This document shows, piece after piece, positions 46,265 to 56,368 of a DNA stretch of 64,000 bases. The notes below the pieces were generated by a model. The model ran no database searches and was not told the origin of the DNA. It was given only the letters and a program-made list of their open reading frames with translations. Origin of the DNA: Christensenellaceae bacterium (GTDB lineage Bacteria; Bacillota; Clostridia; Christensenellales; Christensenellaceae); NCBI GenBank assembly GCA_036679405.1, contig JAVBVZ010000037.1:18236-82235 (forward strand), read 5' to 3'. Numbering within the stretch: the first letter of the stretch is position 1; the number at the start of each line of letters is the position of its first letter. The position numbers and the translations under genes were made by a program.

Positions 46265-47521
46265 CTACCGTACAGCGTTTGCCGCATCATTCCCTAAAAA
46301 AGTTTCTGTCCTTTCACCTGCACTTTTTGCGGTATCTGCGGCCGAATCTCCTATTTTCTCTCTGATTTCGGTTGTCTTGGAGGCGATAGACGGCAAAACG
46401 GTATATTCTCCTCCGGCCCGGTAAAAGTAAGTGGGAAGATACCGTGCTCCCTCAACACGCGCGCCCTGCGCATCTTTGACAATATCTACATACGCAACCA
46501 CGCTGCGCGCACAGTCGTCTCCGTCCATATTTGAGATGAAATTCCCCAGGGAATAGGCTACAAAACCCTGCCGCTCATCGGTGCCGTCCCCGGCCGTCAC
46601 CCATTCCATCGGCTGAAGCACATGCGGATGCGCATAAAAAATCACATCCGCTCCCGCAGCAACAAAATCTTCCGCCCACTGTTTTTGATTCCAGGTAGGT
46701 TCGCTCGTCCGCTCTTCTCCCGTATGCAAACAAAGCACCACAATATCCGCACCGGATTGTTTTGCCAAACGAATATCCCCGGCAACCGTATCTTCATCTA
46801 TAAAATTGACCGCATGAGAAAGCTCATCACCCGCATACCCTCCGCTGTTGCCGTTCACGCTGTTTGTATAGGCCAAAAAGGCAATAGATATGCCGTTCAC
46901 TTCTTTGATGAGCGCACTCTTCTCCTCATCCGGGAGGTTTGTTCCCATGCTTTCAAGTCCGGCCGCCCGAATCGCGCGGATCGTATTTTCCAGCCCTTCT
47001 TTATTTTTGTCGAGCGCATGATTGTTTGCTGTTCCCAATATATCAAATCCTGCATTTTTAAGAGCATCCAAAATCTCGGGCGGAGCATTGAAATACGAAT
47101 ATCCCCTCGTCCCGTCCTCACGTAATTCCCCACTCACCGAAAATCCCATTTCATTTCCGGCTACCGGTGTCTCCAGATTGGCCACGGCGATATCTGCTTC
47201 CTTGATATACGGCTCAACCAGAGAAAATACCGGATCAAAATCAAAACCGCTTTCTGTTTTTGCGTCGTAGATCTGAGTAGCCATCAGCATTACGTCTCCC
47301 ACTGCTGCAATGGTCACGGTCTTTACCTCAGGAGAAGGGGATGGAGAAGGTTCCTCTGCCCTTTTCAAAGCGCCCGGCGATACATCAACATAAGCGGAAA
47401 CACCCCCGTCATTCTCTACAGCGAGGGCGCTTCCGCTTTCCTGCGTTCCGTATTGGGCCATGCAGCCGGCAGTCCACAGGCAAAGAAGAAGGACTATCCC
47501 GGCCGCAAAGATTCTTTTCAT
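46265..47521 (-). CDS. CapA-family (PGA_cap metallophosphatase-like) lipoprotein
   Basis: Lipobox TAGC; AAVGDVML..ANLETPVA..GTANNHALD..HTGEE. Confidence 0.8.
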   Translation of the reverse strand: MKRIFAAGIVLLLCLWTAGCMAQYGTQESGSALAVENDGGVSAYVDVSPGALKRAEEPSPSPSPEVKTVTIAAVGDVMLMATQIYDAKTESGFDFDPVFSLVEPYIKEADIAVANLETPVAGNEMGFSVSGELREDGTRGYSYFNAPPEILDALKNAGFDILGTANNHALDKNKEGLENTIRAIRAAGLESMGTNLPDEEKSALIKEVNGISIAFLAYTNSVNGNSGGYAGDELSHAVNFIDEDTVAGDIRLAKQSGADIVVLCLHTGEERTSEPTWNQKQWAEDFVAAGADVIFYAHPHVLQPMEWVTAGDGTDERQGFVAYSLGNFISNMDGDDCARSVVAYVDIVKDAQGARVEGARYLPTYFYRAGGEYTVLPSIASKTTEIREKIGDSAADTAKSAGERTETFLGNDAANAVR

Positions 47522-47572
47522 AACAACCTCTGTTCAGCGCTTATTCAAATACGCTTTTATCAAAAACAATGT

Positions 47573-48232
47573 TTACCATTCTCTGCCCGGATCACCGGCC
47601 ATCTGATTCACCGTCGCCTGCGGATCAAACACAGAATAATGGTCTAAATTCGGGTCTTGCGAATCGGTCGTCATATCAAAAACCAAAAGCATTTTGTAAT
47701 TGTCGTTTACAACATATCCATACACTTCCTGATTTAAGCTGTTGATTTCAGCGGTATGGTCCGGTTCCCCATACGCAGCCGTCACCTCCGAAAGCTTTAT
47801 TGTTTTCAATTCCGGATCAAAAGAGCGCACTTCAAAGATCTGTTCTCCCTTGTTGACGCCAAACGCAATATTTTCCGCATCATATGTCTCATATATACCG
47901 CTCGCAACATCTTCCGCATCATCTGTTTTATTCGGCTCGCCCCACTGATCATTTACATTGCCGATATCGCTATCCACTGCAAAATCACAATTGATGACCA
48001 ACCCTTCCTTCGCCTTTTCCATCATGGTTTTTAAAAGATCCGTCCCGGCAGTTTCACTGGCCGAAGGCGATTCGCTTGCGCTGGCCTCGGGTGTTTGCGA
48101 GGGATCCAGCTCTGCAGAACCGGTCACTTCCGATGCTGTTTCCTGCGGCGTTCCCGTACACCCTGCTGCAACCGCCATCAGCAACAACACGGACAATACG
48201 ATTCCTGCTATTTTTAAAATCTTTGCTTTCAT
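47573..48232 (-). CDS. YjgB/DUF4309-like lipoprotein
   Basis: Lipobox AAGC, S/E/T-rich linker, and a C-terminal domain with WGEP...YGEPD pattern. Confidence 0.55.
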   Translation of the reverse strand: MKAKILKIAGIVLSVLLLMAVAAGCTGTPQETASEVTGSAELDPSQTPEASASESPSASETAGTDLLKTMMEKAKEGLVINCDFAVDSDIGNVNDQWGEPNKTDDAEDVASGIYETYDAENIAFGVNKGEQIFEVRSFDPELKTIKLSEVTAAYGEPDHTAEINSLNQEVYGYVVNDNYKMLLVFDMTTDSQDPNLDHYSVFDPQATVNQMAGDPGREW

Positions 48233-48376
48233 TCTCTTCCTCCTGTAATCAGTCTGCTTTCCGCGACTGAAGCTAAGACCCTCCCGGGGCCTTCACTATT
48301 TATTTGATTATACCAGTTTTTGGAGATTTTTTCACTCCAAAAAATCCGGTTATCAAAGAATCGGGGAAAAAAGCTC

Positions 48377-49117
48377 TTATATTTCCGTATTTCTTTTTAC
48401 ATCAAAAGAAAAATAATTTTTGCGTAAAATATCCATCTCGTTTGTACGATAGCATTGAATATTTTTTTTGCTCATAAACCACAACGCGTCCGACCGTCCT
48501 TTAAAATTTCCAAAAAAAACATAATCCAGATCGGGCGAACGCTCAAACAGATCCAAGAACTGTTTTACATAAAAAAGAACCAGCTCATCCATCCCGTCCG
48601 GATTTAATATGTATGAACCCAGCGGCGTTATATCTTCCATAAAAAAGCAGGTTTTTATTCCCCCGGAAGCAAGACATACGCCTTCCTCTCTCAAAGCCGT
48701 TCTATATTCGTTCAATAGTGCATAATGCTGCCTGAATGCCAGTGCACAATTCATCAGATACCCTCTCGCACTGCCGGGGCCTCTGAATACGGGCGGAAGC
48801 ATTTTAAAATTTCCCGTCATGTTTTTTTTTGCCTTTCTTAAACGCCGCTGTTTTTTTAAAAACATATCGGAAAAATTTTTTTCCTGCCCGGACAGGTTCA
48901 CTGCCGAATCAAAAGTCACATGGTCTATAATCAATATGCTGTGGTTCGTTTTAGAATAATAAAAAGGCAGTCCGCTTTCGCAAAGCATGCCCAGTTGACG
49001 GCAAAGAAAAAAAAGCTCATCCTGTGGACACGCTTCACAGCCATCACCTGTATAAATGGGATGCTCACCGGACAAAACACGTTTTTCAATAATCTTTTTG
49101 AGTTCTTTTTTTCCCAT
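48377..49117 (-). CDS. hypothetical protein
   Basis: 246-aa ORF with no family recognised. Coding-like composition. Confidence 0.45.
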   Translation of the reverse strand: MGKKELKKIIEKRVLSGEHPIYTGDGCEACPQDELFFLCRQLGMLCESGLPFYYSKTNHSILIIDHVTFDSAVNLSGQEKNFSDMFLKKQRRLRKAKKNMTGNFKMLPPVFRGPGSARGYLMNCALAFRQHYALLNEYRTALREEGVCLASGGIKTCFFMEDITPLGSYILNPDGMDELVLFYVKQFLDLFERSPDLDYVFFGNFKGRSDALWFMSKKNIQCYRTNEMDILRKNYFSFDVKRNTEI

Positions 49118-49153
49118 ACGACTTCCCCCAAACGGCAGAACCGTACTGATCCA

Positions 49154-49603
49154 TCATTGACTGATATGAAACACCGTTTCGACCTCAACATTGCCCCGTA
49201 TCATCGCCCATACCGGACAGTATTTTTTTTCGGTCATAATATTCGCCTTTTCAAAATCTTCTATTACTGCATCGGGAGATTTTACATGGATGTCCATATG
49301 GATAAAAGAAAAACTTTTAGGATGCTCTCCTCTTTCTTCCCCCGTCATCTGCACTTCATACGACTCGATCGTGCGTCCAAATTTCCTGACCAGAGAAAGG
49401 ATTGTTCCTCCCGCACATGTGCCCAGAGCGACCAAAAACAATTCCATAGGATAATAGCCGTCCCCTTCGCCATATGGCGGAAGATAATCTGTAATGATTT
49501 CATATTTTCCCGGAGCGGCAGAAGAAAACCGCAATTTGTCATTCAGAAGTTTTATGTTCGCTTTTAAAATTCCACTCATTGTTTCATCCTTACTTTGGCT
49601 CAT
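49154..49603 (-). CDS. OsmC/Ohr family protein
   Basis: LVALGTCAGGT ... KYCPVWAMI (two conserved Cys of OsmC family). Confidence 0.75.
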   Translation of the reverse strand: MSQSKDETMSGILKANIKLLNDKLRFSSAAPGKYEIITDYLPPYGEGDGYYPMELFLVALGTCAGGTILSLVRKFGRTIESYEVQMTGEERGEHPKSFSFIHMDIHVKSPDAVIEDFEKANIMTEKKYCPVWAMIRGNVEVETVFHISQ

Positions 49604-50069
49604 AATCCCAGTAAAAACCTGGGGTTCTATTGTTTTTCAGGGGAATATATTCGCATTCCCGTCATAAAACATTCACAAAATACTGGCTCTATACTGGTAA
49701 TATTCTATATATACAGTCCAAAATCCTTTTTTAAAAAAGAAACCCTCCCGCTAAAGCCCCGCTTTGTCCCTGCATACGCGGTTTTATTTGCAAAAGCCTT
49801 TTTCCGCCGGCATAATCGCCGGTACTTCCCGTATTTTTTACATCGCGTAATCCTCCACATAAAAAAGCCGCCCGGAAATACTCCGGGCAGCCTTAAAAAG
49901 GCGGAAGCTCCGCGGGGATTCGTGCATTCCCCGTGAATGGGCCGCCGTTCCCACAGGTTCAGAAAGCGTTCACCGGCAGCGCCGCATCTTTCTTCTTTAA
50001 TTATATTATATACCATTCCCTGCAAAAATAAACATATCAAAAAGCAAGATCTGCATGCGAAAGTCCTTT

Positions 50070-51281
50070 TTATTCTTCCGTGCCTCCCAGGCGTGAAGGC
50101 GTTGCTTTGGCCAATGCCATCCCCAGCAGTCCGGCTGCCATAATCGCCGCTCCCGAAATAACAAACCAAACCGCAATGCCCAGCGTTTCCGCAAAGGGAG
50201 CTGCCAGAAAAAGGCCAAACGGAATAGTCAGAGACATCAGGCTGGCCATCAGGGAAAGCACCCGGCCCATAATCCCGGGGGAAACCGTTGTTTGAACATG
50301 CACAATATACGCCAGCCAAAAAAAGCTGCCCATAAGCCCAAGAATTGCAGAAAAAACAACAAACCAGTAAAACCCTCCGGGCGGCAGCAACCCGGAAAAC
50401 AACAAAAACATTCCCAACGCAAATATCGCAAGTGACATTTGCATAAACTTGTTTTTCATGCCCCCCCATATTCCTATGATCAAAGAGGCGCCCAGCATTC
50501 CGCTGGCAAATACGGCCTCAACCATACTTGAATGCCATGCGGTTTTTCCAAAATATCCGCTTACCATTAACGGATACAGCGAACTCACGGGAAAATAAAA
50601 CAGCATGGCAATAATAAGCGGCCACGTCATTCGGCTTAGAATGCGGTTATGACGTATTGCCGCGATACCAGCCTTCATTTCGGCCCATATATGTTTTCGG
50701 GGCTCAGGCGGCGGATCCGGTATGCGGACCGCCAAAAGGGTCGCAACAGCAAACGCGGCGCCCACAACATCCAGCAGCATTGCCCCGGAAACAGAATACA
50801 TGGAATACAGCAGCGCGCCCAATACGGGCCCCAGCATATTGGATCCTGAGAAAACAAACTGGTTGATCCCCGAAGCCCGCTCTATATATTGCTCCGGAAC
50901 AATCATGGGGATAGAGGCCTGAAGCGCAGGTGCATGAAAGACGCCTCCTGCCGCGCGAAGAAAAAGAGCCAGAAAAACCATCCATACCGGCGGTTCTCCG
51001 TGGAGCGCCGCCAGCATCAAGACCAGCGAAACCGCTGCAATAAACGAATCGGCGGCGATCATGACTTTTCTGCGGCTTGTCCTGTCTATCCATGTTCCGG
51101 CAAAAGGGCCCAAAACTGCCTGTGGTAAAAAAGCGCATATGCCGGCGCCTGCCAATACGGCCGCAGATCCGGTCCGGACGGTCAGATACCAAACCAGCGC
51201 AAATTGTGCGGCCGCGCTCCCCACCAGGGAAAACACCTGTCCCCCCAATATAATTTTGAAGGTATGTTTCCAATTGTTCAA
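50070..51281 (-). CDS. MFS transporter (drug-efflux-like)
   Basis: 12-TM profile. TTG at 51281 has GGAGGG 6 nt upstream; the track's ATG at 51314 lacks an RBS. Confidence 0.75.
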   Translation of the reverse strand: MNNWKHTFKIILGGQVFSLVGSAAAQFALVWYLTVRTGSAAVLAGAGICAFLPQAVLGPFAGTWIDRTSRRKVMIAADSFIAAVSLVLMLAALHGEPPVWMVFLALFLRAAGGVFHAPALQASIPMIVPEQYIERASGINQFVFSGSNMLGPVLGALLYSMYSVSGAMLLDVVGAAFAVATLLAVRIPDPPPEPRKHIWAEMKAGIAAIRHNRILSRMTWPLIIAMLFYFPVSSLYPLMVSGYFGKTAWHSSMVEAVFASGMLGASLIIGIWGGMKNKFMQMSLAIFALGMFLLFSGLLPPGGFYWFVVFSAILGLMGSFFWLAYIVHVQTTVSPGIMGRVLSLMASLMSLTIPFGLFLAAPFAETLGIAVWFVISGAAIMAAGLLGMALAKATPSRLGGTEE

Positions 51282-51541
51282 AGCTTGCCCTCCAAAATAA
51301 AAGCATTCCGGCATTTAGGTTATCATACCTTTACCTCCGGTATCTTGTCAATTCAACCGGAGTTTTCTTCTGTTTTGTACAAAACAGTACAAACACCTTA
51401 AAAGACCCTTTATCAAAAAAAAAGCCCCGGACAAGTGCCCAAGGCTTTTTTAATGATTTTTTTATTAATGCGGCCTCCCCTTATGGGAAGGCTGCCGCTG
51501 TTGCGGCGTGCGGGGTTTTTCCCCGTTAATATTCTGTTTTT

Positions 51542-52060
51542 TTAAGCGTTGCACTCGCCCACCAACTCATGCATGAGGGACTTCACCTGCGGGATCCACC
51601 CGCCTGTTGCGCAGTATACGCGCCCTATTTCGTCTATGGTGTCCCGTCCCTTACTGATATACAGTCTGTCTAAAAGATCAAACATATAAGCAATGCATTC
51701 TTCCTTGGATGCAAACGCTCGGTAGGCGTCTCCGCTGCCTTTTATCCCGCCCAAATTGTTTTTGTTTTGAGCCAGATAGCTGGTCCCGTTCCCGCTTTCC
51801 AGCCGGACGATCGCGAGCACAAACAGTGCGTTTATATTGTGTTTTTCTTCCCCGTCGCAGAACGCTTGGCCCAGGCCTTTTAAATCCTCAGGCAGCAACG
51901 TTTCGATCATATCGGGAACCAGATTTGATTTTTGGGTAATATCTTCGGATACGTTGAGCTTCACACTAGATGTCATGACATACCCGTCGTCCAGGTCGGA
52001 AGTATATTCCAGTGCAAACGCAGTCGATGTCTGTGCAATAATTACAAAAGCAGCAACCAT
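51542..52060 (-). CDS. secreted glucosaminidase-domain (LytD-like) protein
   Basis: INALFVLAIVRLESGNGTSYLAQNKNNLGGIK. Start uncertain: a possible ATT at 52084 follows AGGAGG. Confidence 0.7.
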   Translation of the reverse strand: MVAAFVIIAQTSTAFALEYTSDLDDGYVMTSSVKLNVSEDITQKSNLVPDMIETLLPEDLKGLGQAFCDGEEKHNINALFVLAIVRLESGNGTSYLAQNKNNLGGIKGSGDAYRAFASKEECIAYMFDLLDRLYISKGRDTIDEIGRVYCATGGWIPQVKSLMHELVGECNA

Positions 52061-52766
52061 TGCAATGATGAACCTTTTTAGAATACGCTTCTACCTCCTG
52101 TAAAAAGATTCTCGTCTTCCATGTTTCACGCTCCTTAAATCTTTTGCCCATTCTTTTAAAGGCAGTCTTTTTCGGCCTGCACAGGCGGCGTTTTTTTGTC
52201 ATCTTTAAGAGGGCGTTATTCCGTCCTTAAAGGCTGCCCGGCGAGACCCAAGAAAGGAATATAGCATCAAAATATTTACTTGTCAACTCTTTAGCCCTCT
52301 TAAGCTTCTGCTTTTCATCCTTTTTCTTCCAGACATCTCATTTTTTATTTCATCTTCTTTTTAAACAGAATTTTTTTGAACTTCGCTTAAAAATCGCTTT
52401 AGAAAAGGATTTTTCGCATTTCACCATCGTTTGTTCCCATACCTGTGGTTTCTTTAAATAATTATTTATGAAATTTTTTTAAATTTTTTTTACTGAAAAA
52501 CGGTTTTTACCTATTTTATTCCTTTTTATTACATATTCTGCATCCCGGTTCATCCCGCTTTTTTGATTGCACAAGCGCCTTGTTTTTTGTATTCTTCTTT
52601 TAAAATAACTTTCTGATTTTAAATCAAAAAAAAGTGTCTTTATACATATAAAAATTTTTCTTTGTCGGTCTCTCAAAGCAAAAAACGCAAGATTTACAAA
52701 ATTGCGAAGGCAAAAGCATTTTTCCGCAGATGCCTTTTTTTTGCGGCGCAGCCTTAATTTTGGTAC

Positions 52767-52795
52767 TGGACAAAAACAAGCGTAATGGGTATAAT
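52767..52795 (+). promoter_or_regulatory. tRNA-Val promoter
   Basis: TGGACA-17 nt-TATAAT, about 32 nt before the tRNA 5' end. Confidence 0.55.
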
Positions 52796-52826
52796 ACGTT
52801 TATTGGCAAAATTCCACACCTTATAT

Positions 52827-52903
52827 GGAGGCATAGCTCAGCTGGTTAGAGTACTTGCTTGACATGCAAGGGGTCACTGGTTCAAGTCCAGTTGTCTCCA
52901 CCA
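52827..52903 (+). tRNA. tRNA-Val (anticodon GAC), CCA encoded
   Basis: Hand-folded: acceptor GGAGGCA/TGTCTCC, anticodon stem CTTGC/GCAAG with loop TTGACAT, T arm ACTGG-TTCAAGT-CCAGT. 77 nt. Confidence 0.9.
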
Positions 52904-52931
52904 AAAAAACCGCATTTTGGTGCGGTTTTTT
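52904..52931 (+). terminator. tRNA-Val terminator
   Basis: Stem ACCGCA/TGCGGT followed by 6 T. Confidence 0.7.
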
Positions 52932-53091
52932 GTTTGCAAAAAATTGAGCGCAGCCCTCTTAACGCCGTACAGATCTCCCGCCGCATATTACAGGGCACGC
53001 AATAGCGGATATGCGGGGGATCCACATAAATCCAGTAATAATTCCAAAGCACGGAGAAGATAAAACCAAGGCTCAAAAAGCCTTGGTTTTA

Positions 53092-53769
53092 TCACGTTTC
53101 TTTTTTGTGGCTCTGATCAAATTTAAATTCTGCTATAACATCCAGAACCGCATTTTTCAATATTGTGCTGGTTTCAATGCCGCGGGTGCCTTGATAAGGA
53201 TTGATCTCCCGTTTGCCTATTTCCCGGACCGCTTCCACAATCCACTGCACAGCCGTTTCGGAAGAAATCTGGCCCGTATTGATAACAAGATCAAATAATT
53301 TATATTCCTTTCCATTGACTGCGTAAAACGTCCCCAGAAAACTCTCTCTCGCCTTATCTTTCTGGGCGACCAGCTTTTCTGCTTCTGAATAATTCTCCAG
53401 TTTTTGAGAATTCAATATGTTGTTTACACGCTTCTCAAAAGGAGAGCTGATACAGACATTCAAAACATTCGGATACTGGCTTAAAACCACATACCCACCC
53501 CGGCCCAATATAACGCTGTCATCAAGACTGGCAAATGTAAGAATTGTTTTATTCAACATTTCTATCATATAATCATAGGTTATGTTGTACCGGTCCCAAA
53601 TATTATGTTTTTCTTCAATGGTTTCTTTGAGCTGGCCCATTCCATATTGATTAAGCACTTTGCCTATCAGGTTGATATCCACCAAAAAATAGCCAAGTGA
53701 TTTTGCAGCCTGCTGGGCAATCAAGTCTCCGGCACTCCCAAATTCACGTGATATCGTAACAACGGCCAT
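53092..53769 (-). CDS. cytidylate-kinase-like family (AAA) protein
   Basis: MAVVTISREFGSAGDLIAQQAAKSLGY. ATG at 53769 follows AAGGAG. The track's 57-aa N-terminal extension is rejected. Confidence 0.7.
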   Translation of the reverse strand: MAVVTISREFGSAGDLIAQQAAKSLGYFLVDINLIGKVLNQYGMGQLKETIEEKHNIWDRYNITYDYMIEMLNKTILTFASLDDSVILGRGGYVVLSQYPNVLNVCISSPFEKRVNNILNSQKLENYSEAEKLVAQKDKARESFLGTFYAVNGKEYKLFDLVINTGQISSETAVQWIVEAVREIGKREINPYQGTRGIETSTILKNAVLDVIAEFKFDQSHKKET

Positions 53770-54162
53770 TTTACACATCTCCTTCCAAATAATTGAATAA
53801 AATTTATGGAAAAGACGAGATGCAAAAATATAAAAATGAAGAACTGATGGTATTTTTATTATAATGCAGTTCACTGCTTCGGTCAACTTTCGTGCCGCTT
53901 CCTTCTTTACGCAATCAAAATTTAAATTGATACGATTCATTCTTAATTTGCCATACCATGCAGGAGTCGCTTTGATTCAGCCGTATTATGCAGAGTATCA
54001 GGGCGCCTGCCATCCCATACGTTCGTTATCTCCGCATGTGCTCCCGGAATAATTTGTATAATGGTTTCCTTTCCTTTCACGAAAATAACACCATATTTTT
54101 ACTTTTTGTTCAATAATCTGTCACGCTGCATGTTTACGATATAGTAAAAGGAGGCAACGGCA

Positions 54163-55530
54163 ATGACAAAATCAAAAAAATTATTGGCTTTAGGATGCGT
54201 AATTGCACTCATTCTTACCATAGCAACAAGTTGCAGCACAACGGCTGCAACGGATACGGCATCCTCATCAGCCACATCCACAGCAGCCGAAACAACGCAA
54301 ACGGAACAGGCGGACGCCATGTCCCAGGACGCACCGCCCGACGGCGGCGGTTCGAGCACAGTGGCTACCGGGTCGGGGGCTTATGTGCTTTCTGATGAAG
54401 AAACTCTCAGCGGTGACACATATACTTCCACCAATGAGGATGAAAACGCTATCCGCGCCGAAGGCGATGTAACGGCTACTCTGGAAGACGTTGCGGTCGA
54501 GAAAACGGGCGGAGATGCTTCCAGTAGCGATGCAAGCAGTTTTTACGGCCTCAACGCGGCCATACTAGCTTTGGACGGTGCCACGCTCAATATCACCGGC
54601 GGTACGGTCACCGCAACGGCAGAAGGAGCAAACGGCGTATTTGCATATGACGGTGCGACCATCAACATTGCCGGAACAACAATAAGCGTTTCCGGCGGAA
54701 ATGCAGGCGGTATCGAAGTCGCCGGCGGCGGCACCATGGTTGCAACAGACCTGACCGTCAATTCGGTCGTAAAAGCCGCTATACGAAGTGACCGCGGCGG
54801 CGGCACAATGATTGTGGACGGCGGAACCTATACAACCGGCGGCAGTTCAGGCGCCCCGGCCGTTTACAGCACTGCGGATATTACCGTCAGCAATGCGACC
54901 CTGACCGCCAATGATTCCGAAGCAATCGTTGTGGAAGGTCTGAATTCCGTGACCCTGACCGACTGTGATGTTATGGGAAATATGTCCGGCACTTACGGGG
55001 ATGAAAGCGGAGAGAACATCCACAACGTCATGCTGTATCAAAGCATGTCGGGTGACGCGGAAAAAGGCACCAGCTCTTTCACCATGACGGGCGGCACCTT
55101 GGTATCCCAAAACGGCGACATGTTCTATATCACCAATACCGACAGCATCGTCACACTGAGCGGCGTGGAAATGACGATGGCCGACGGCACTAATCTGCTC
55201 GTAGTGGCAGGCAATGACGGTGAACGGGGTTGGGGAACAGCCGGTTCCAATGGCGGCATCTGCAGCTTCAATCTCTCGGCCCAGACCGCAGAAGGCGACA
55301 TTACGGTAGACGATATCTCGCAGCTCTCCATGTCCATCGCGGATTCTTCTTCCTACACCGGCGCGATCAATACGGACGGCACCACAGCGGCAGCCCTCTC
55401 TGTCACATTGGATTCCAGCAGCACCTGGACCCTCACCGGAGACAGCTATATCACAGAATTCAACGGCAGCATGGATAATGTTGTAACCAACGGCTATACA
55501 TTATATGTAGGCGGCACGGCAATGAACTGA
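54163..55530 (+). CDS. Thr/Gly-rich beta-helix-like surface lipoprotein
   Basis: Lipobox ATSC. Repeated GGT.T..G / G.T.N..G.T strands typical of right-handed beta-helix proteins. AGGAGG RBS. Confidence 0.6.
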   Translation: MTKSKKLLALGCVIALILTIATSCSTTAATDTASSSATSTAAETTQTEQADAMSQDAPPDGGGSSTVATGSGAYVLSDEETLSGDTYTSTNEDENAIRAEGDVTATLEDVAVEKTGGDASSSDASSFYGLNAAILALDGATLNITGGTVTATAEGANGVFAYDGATINIAGTTISVSGGNAGGIEVAGGGTMVATDLTVNSVVKAAIRSDRGGGTMIVDGGTYTTGGSSGAPAVYSTADITVSNATLTANDSEAIVVEGLNSVTLTDCDVMGNMSGTYGDESGENIHNVMLYQSMSGDAEKGTSSFTMTGGTLVSQNGDMFYITNTDSIVTLSGVEMTMADGTNLLVVAGNDGERGWGTAGSNGGICSFNLSAQTAEGDITVDDISQLSMSIADSSSYTGAINTDGTTAAALSVTLDSSSTWTLTGDSYITEFNGSMDNVVTNGYTLYVGGTAMN

Positions 55531-55648
55531 CAAATGATGAAACATTCTTTTACAGAGTGTTTCTGAAAATAAAAAGAGACCTAATAGGTCTCTTTTTATT
55601 TTTTATGTTTTAAACTTTCAGAAATTTCTTATACGCCAGAGTACTTTC

Positions 55649-55677
55649 TTGATTTTTTAAAAAAATCATGTTAGAAT
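55649..55677 (+). promoter_or_regulatory. extended -10 promoter of the methyltransferase/rSAM operon
   Basis: TTGATT-17 nt-(TGt)TAGAAT. Confidence 0.6.
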
Positions 55678-55696
55678 ATACCCCACCGGGGTATAT
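55676..55696. promoter_or_regulatory. perfect palindromic operator, CsoR-family type
   Basis: ATATACCCC-ACC-GGGGTATAT (9-bp arms) overlaps the -10. A related box is at 60434-60454. Confidence 0.6.
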
Positions 55697-55729
55697 ATAG
55701 GATATGATAGAGAAAGGATCCATATACAT

Positions 55730-56368
55730 ATGCACTCAACAATACAAAAAAGATACTCGCAATCCAGCGTTCAAAGCGATGCCCTGAGCTGCGGGGCAAA
55801 TGTCGAGCATCTCAAAATCAAATCTGGTGAAACCGTTTTGGATCTGGGCTGCGGCGGTGGCGCGGAAACAATTCTTGCCGCCCGGACTGCCGGTCCGGCC
55901 GGGCTGGCTGTCGGACTGGATCTAACGCCTTCTATGGTTGAGCTGGCCAAGAAAAACGCCAAAAAAGCCGGTGTATTCAACGCAGAATTTATTACCGGAG
56001 ATATTGAAAACCTTCCCTTCGCAGATGAAATGTTTGACGCCGTCATCAGCAACTGCGTTATCAACCATGCAAAAAACAAAGAAAAAGTTTACCGGGAAAT
56101 CATGCGCGTGCTGAAAAGCGGCGGGCGGTTTGTCGTGTCGGACGCCGTCACAAAATACCCCCTCCCCCCAGAAGTAAAAAACGACCCGGAAGCCTGGGCG
56201 CAGTGCTTTGGCGGTTCGATTACCAAGGAAGAATATTTTGCAAGCATCCGGGCAGCCGGCTTTTCCAGGGTCGATTTGGTCAACAGCAGAGAATATATTA
56301 AAAACGGTTATGACTTTCTAAGTCTGACTATAAAAGCAACCAAAGGCTTACAGAAGGAGGTGAAATAA
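55730..56368 (+). CDS. ArsM-like class I SAM-dependent methyltransferase
   Basis: ETVLDLGCGGG (motif I), DAVISNCVINH, and CFGG Cys positions reminiscent of arsenite methyltransferases. Short at 212 aa. Confidence 0.7.
   Translation: MHSTIQKRYSQSSVQSDALSCGANVEHLKIKSGETVLDLGCGGGAETILAARTAGPAGLAVGLDLTPSMVELAKKNAKKAGVFNAEFITGDIENLPFADEMFDAVISNCVINHAKNKEKVYREIMRVLKSGGRFVVSDAVTKYPLPPEVKNDPEAWAQCFGGSITKEEYFASIRAAGFSRVDLVNSREYIKNGYDFLSLTIKATKGLQKEVK

Noticed and set aside
49705-50469. 254-aa and 200-aa (50704-51306) alternative-frame ORFs over the MFS gene
   Set aside because: They are Gly/Arg/Cys-rich and overlap a 12-TM MFS gene whose frame carries the recognisable profile.
53770-53940. 57-aa N-terminal extension of the cytidylate-kinase-like ORF
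   Set aside because: The family normally begins at M-x-V-(I/V)-T-I-S-R-E-x-G-S, and AAGGAG precedes the internal ATG at 53769.
54163-55530. Apparent periodicity in the Thr/Gly-rich gene, checked as a possible DNA repeat array or CRISPR
   Set aside because: The repetition is at the protein-motif level (beta-helix strands), with no conserved DNA repeat unit or spacers. No CRISPR-like array exists anywhere in the window.
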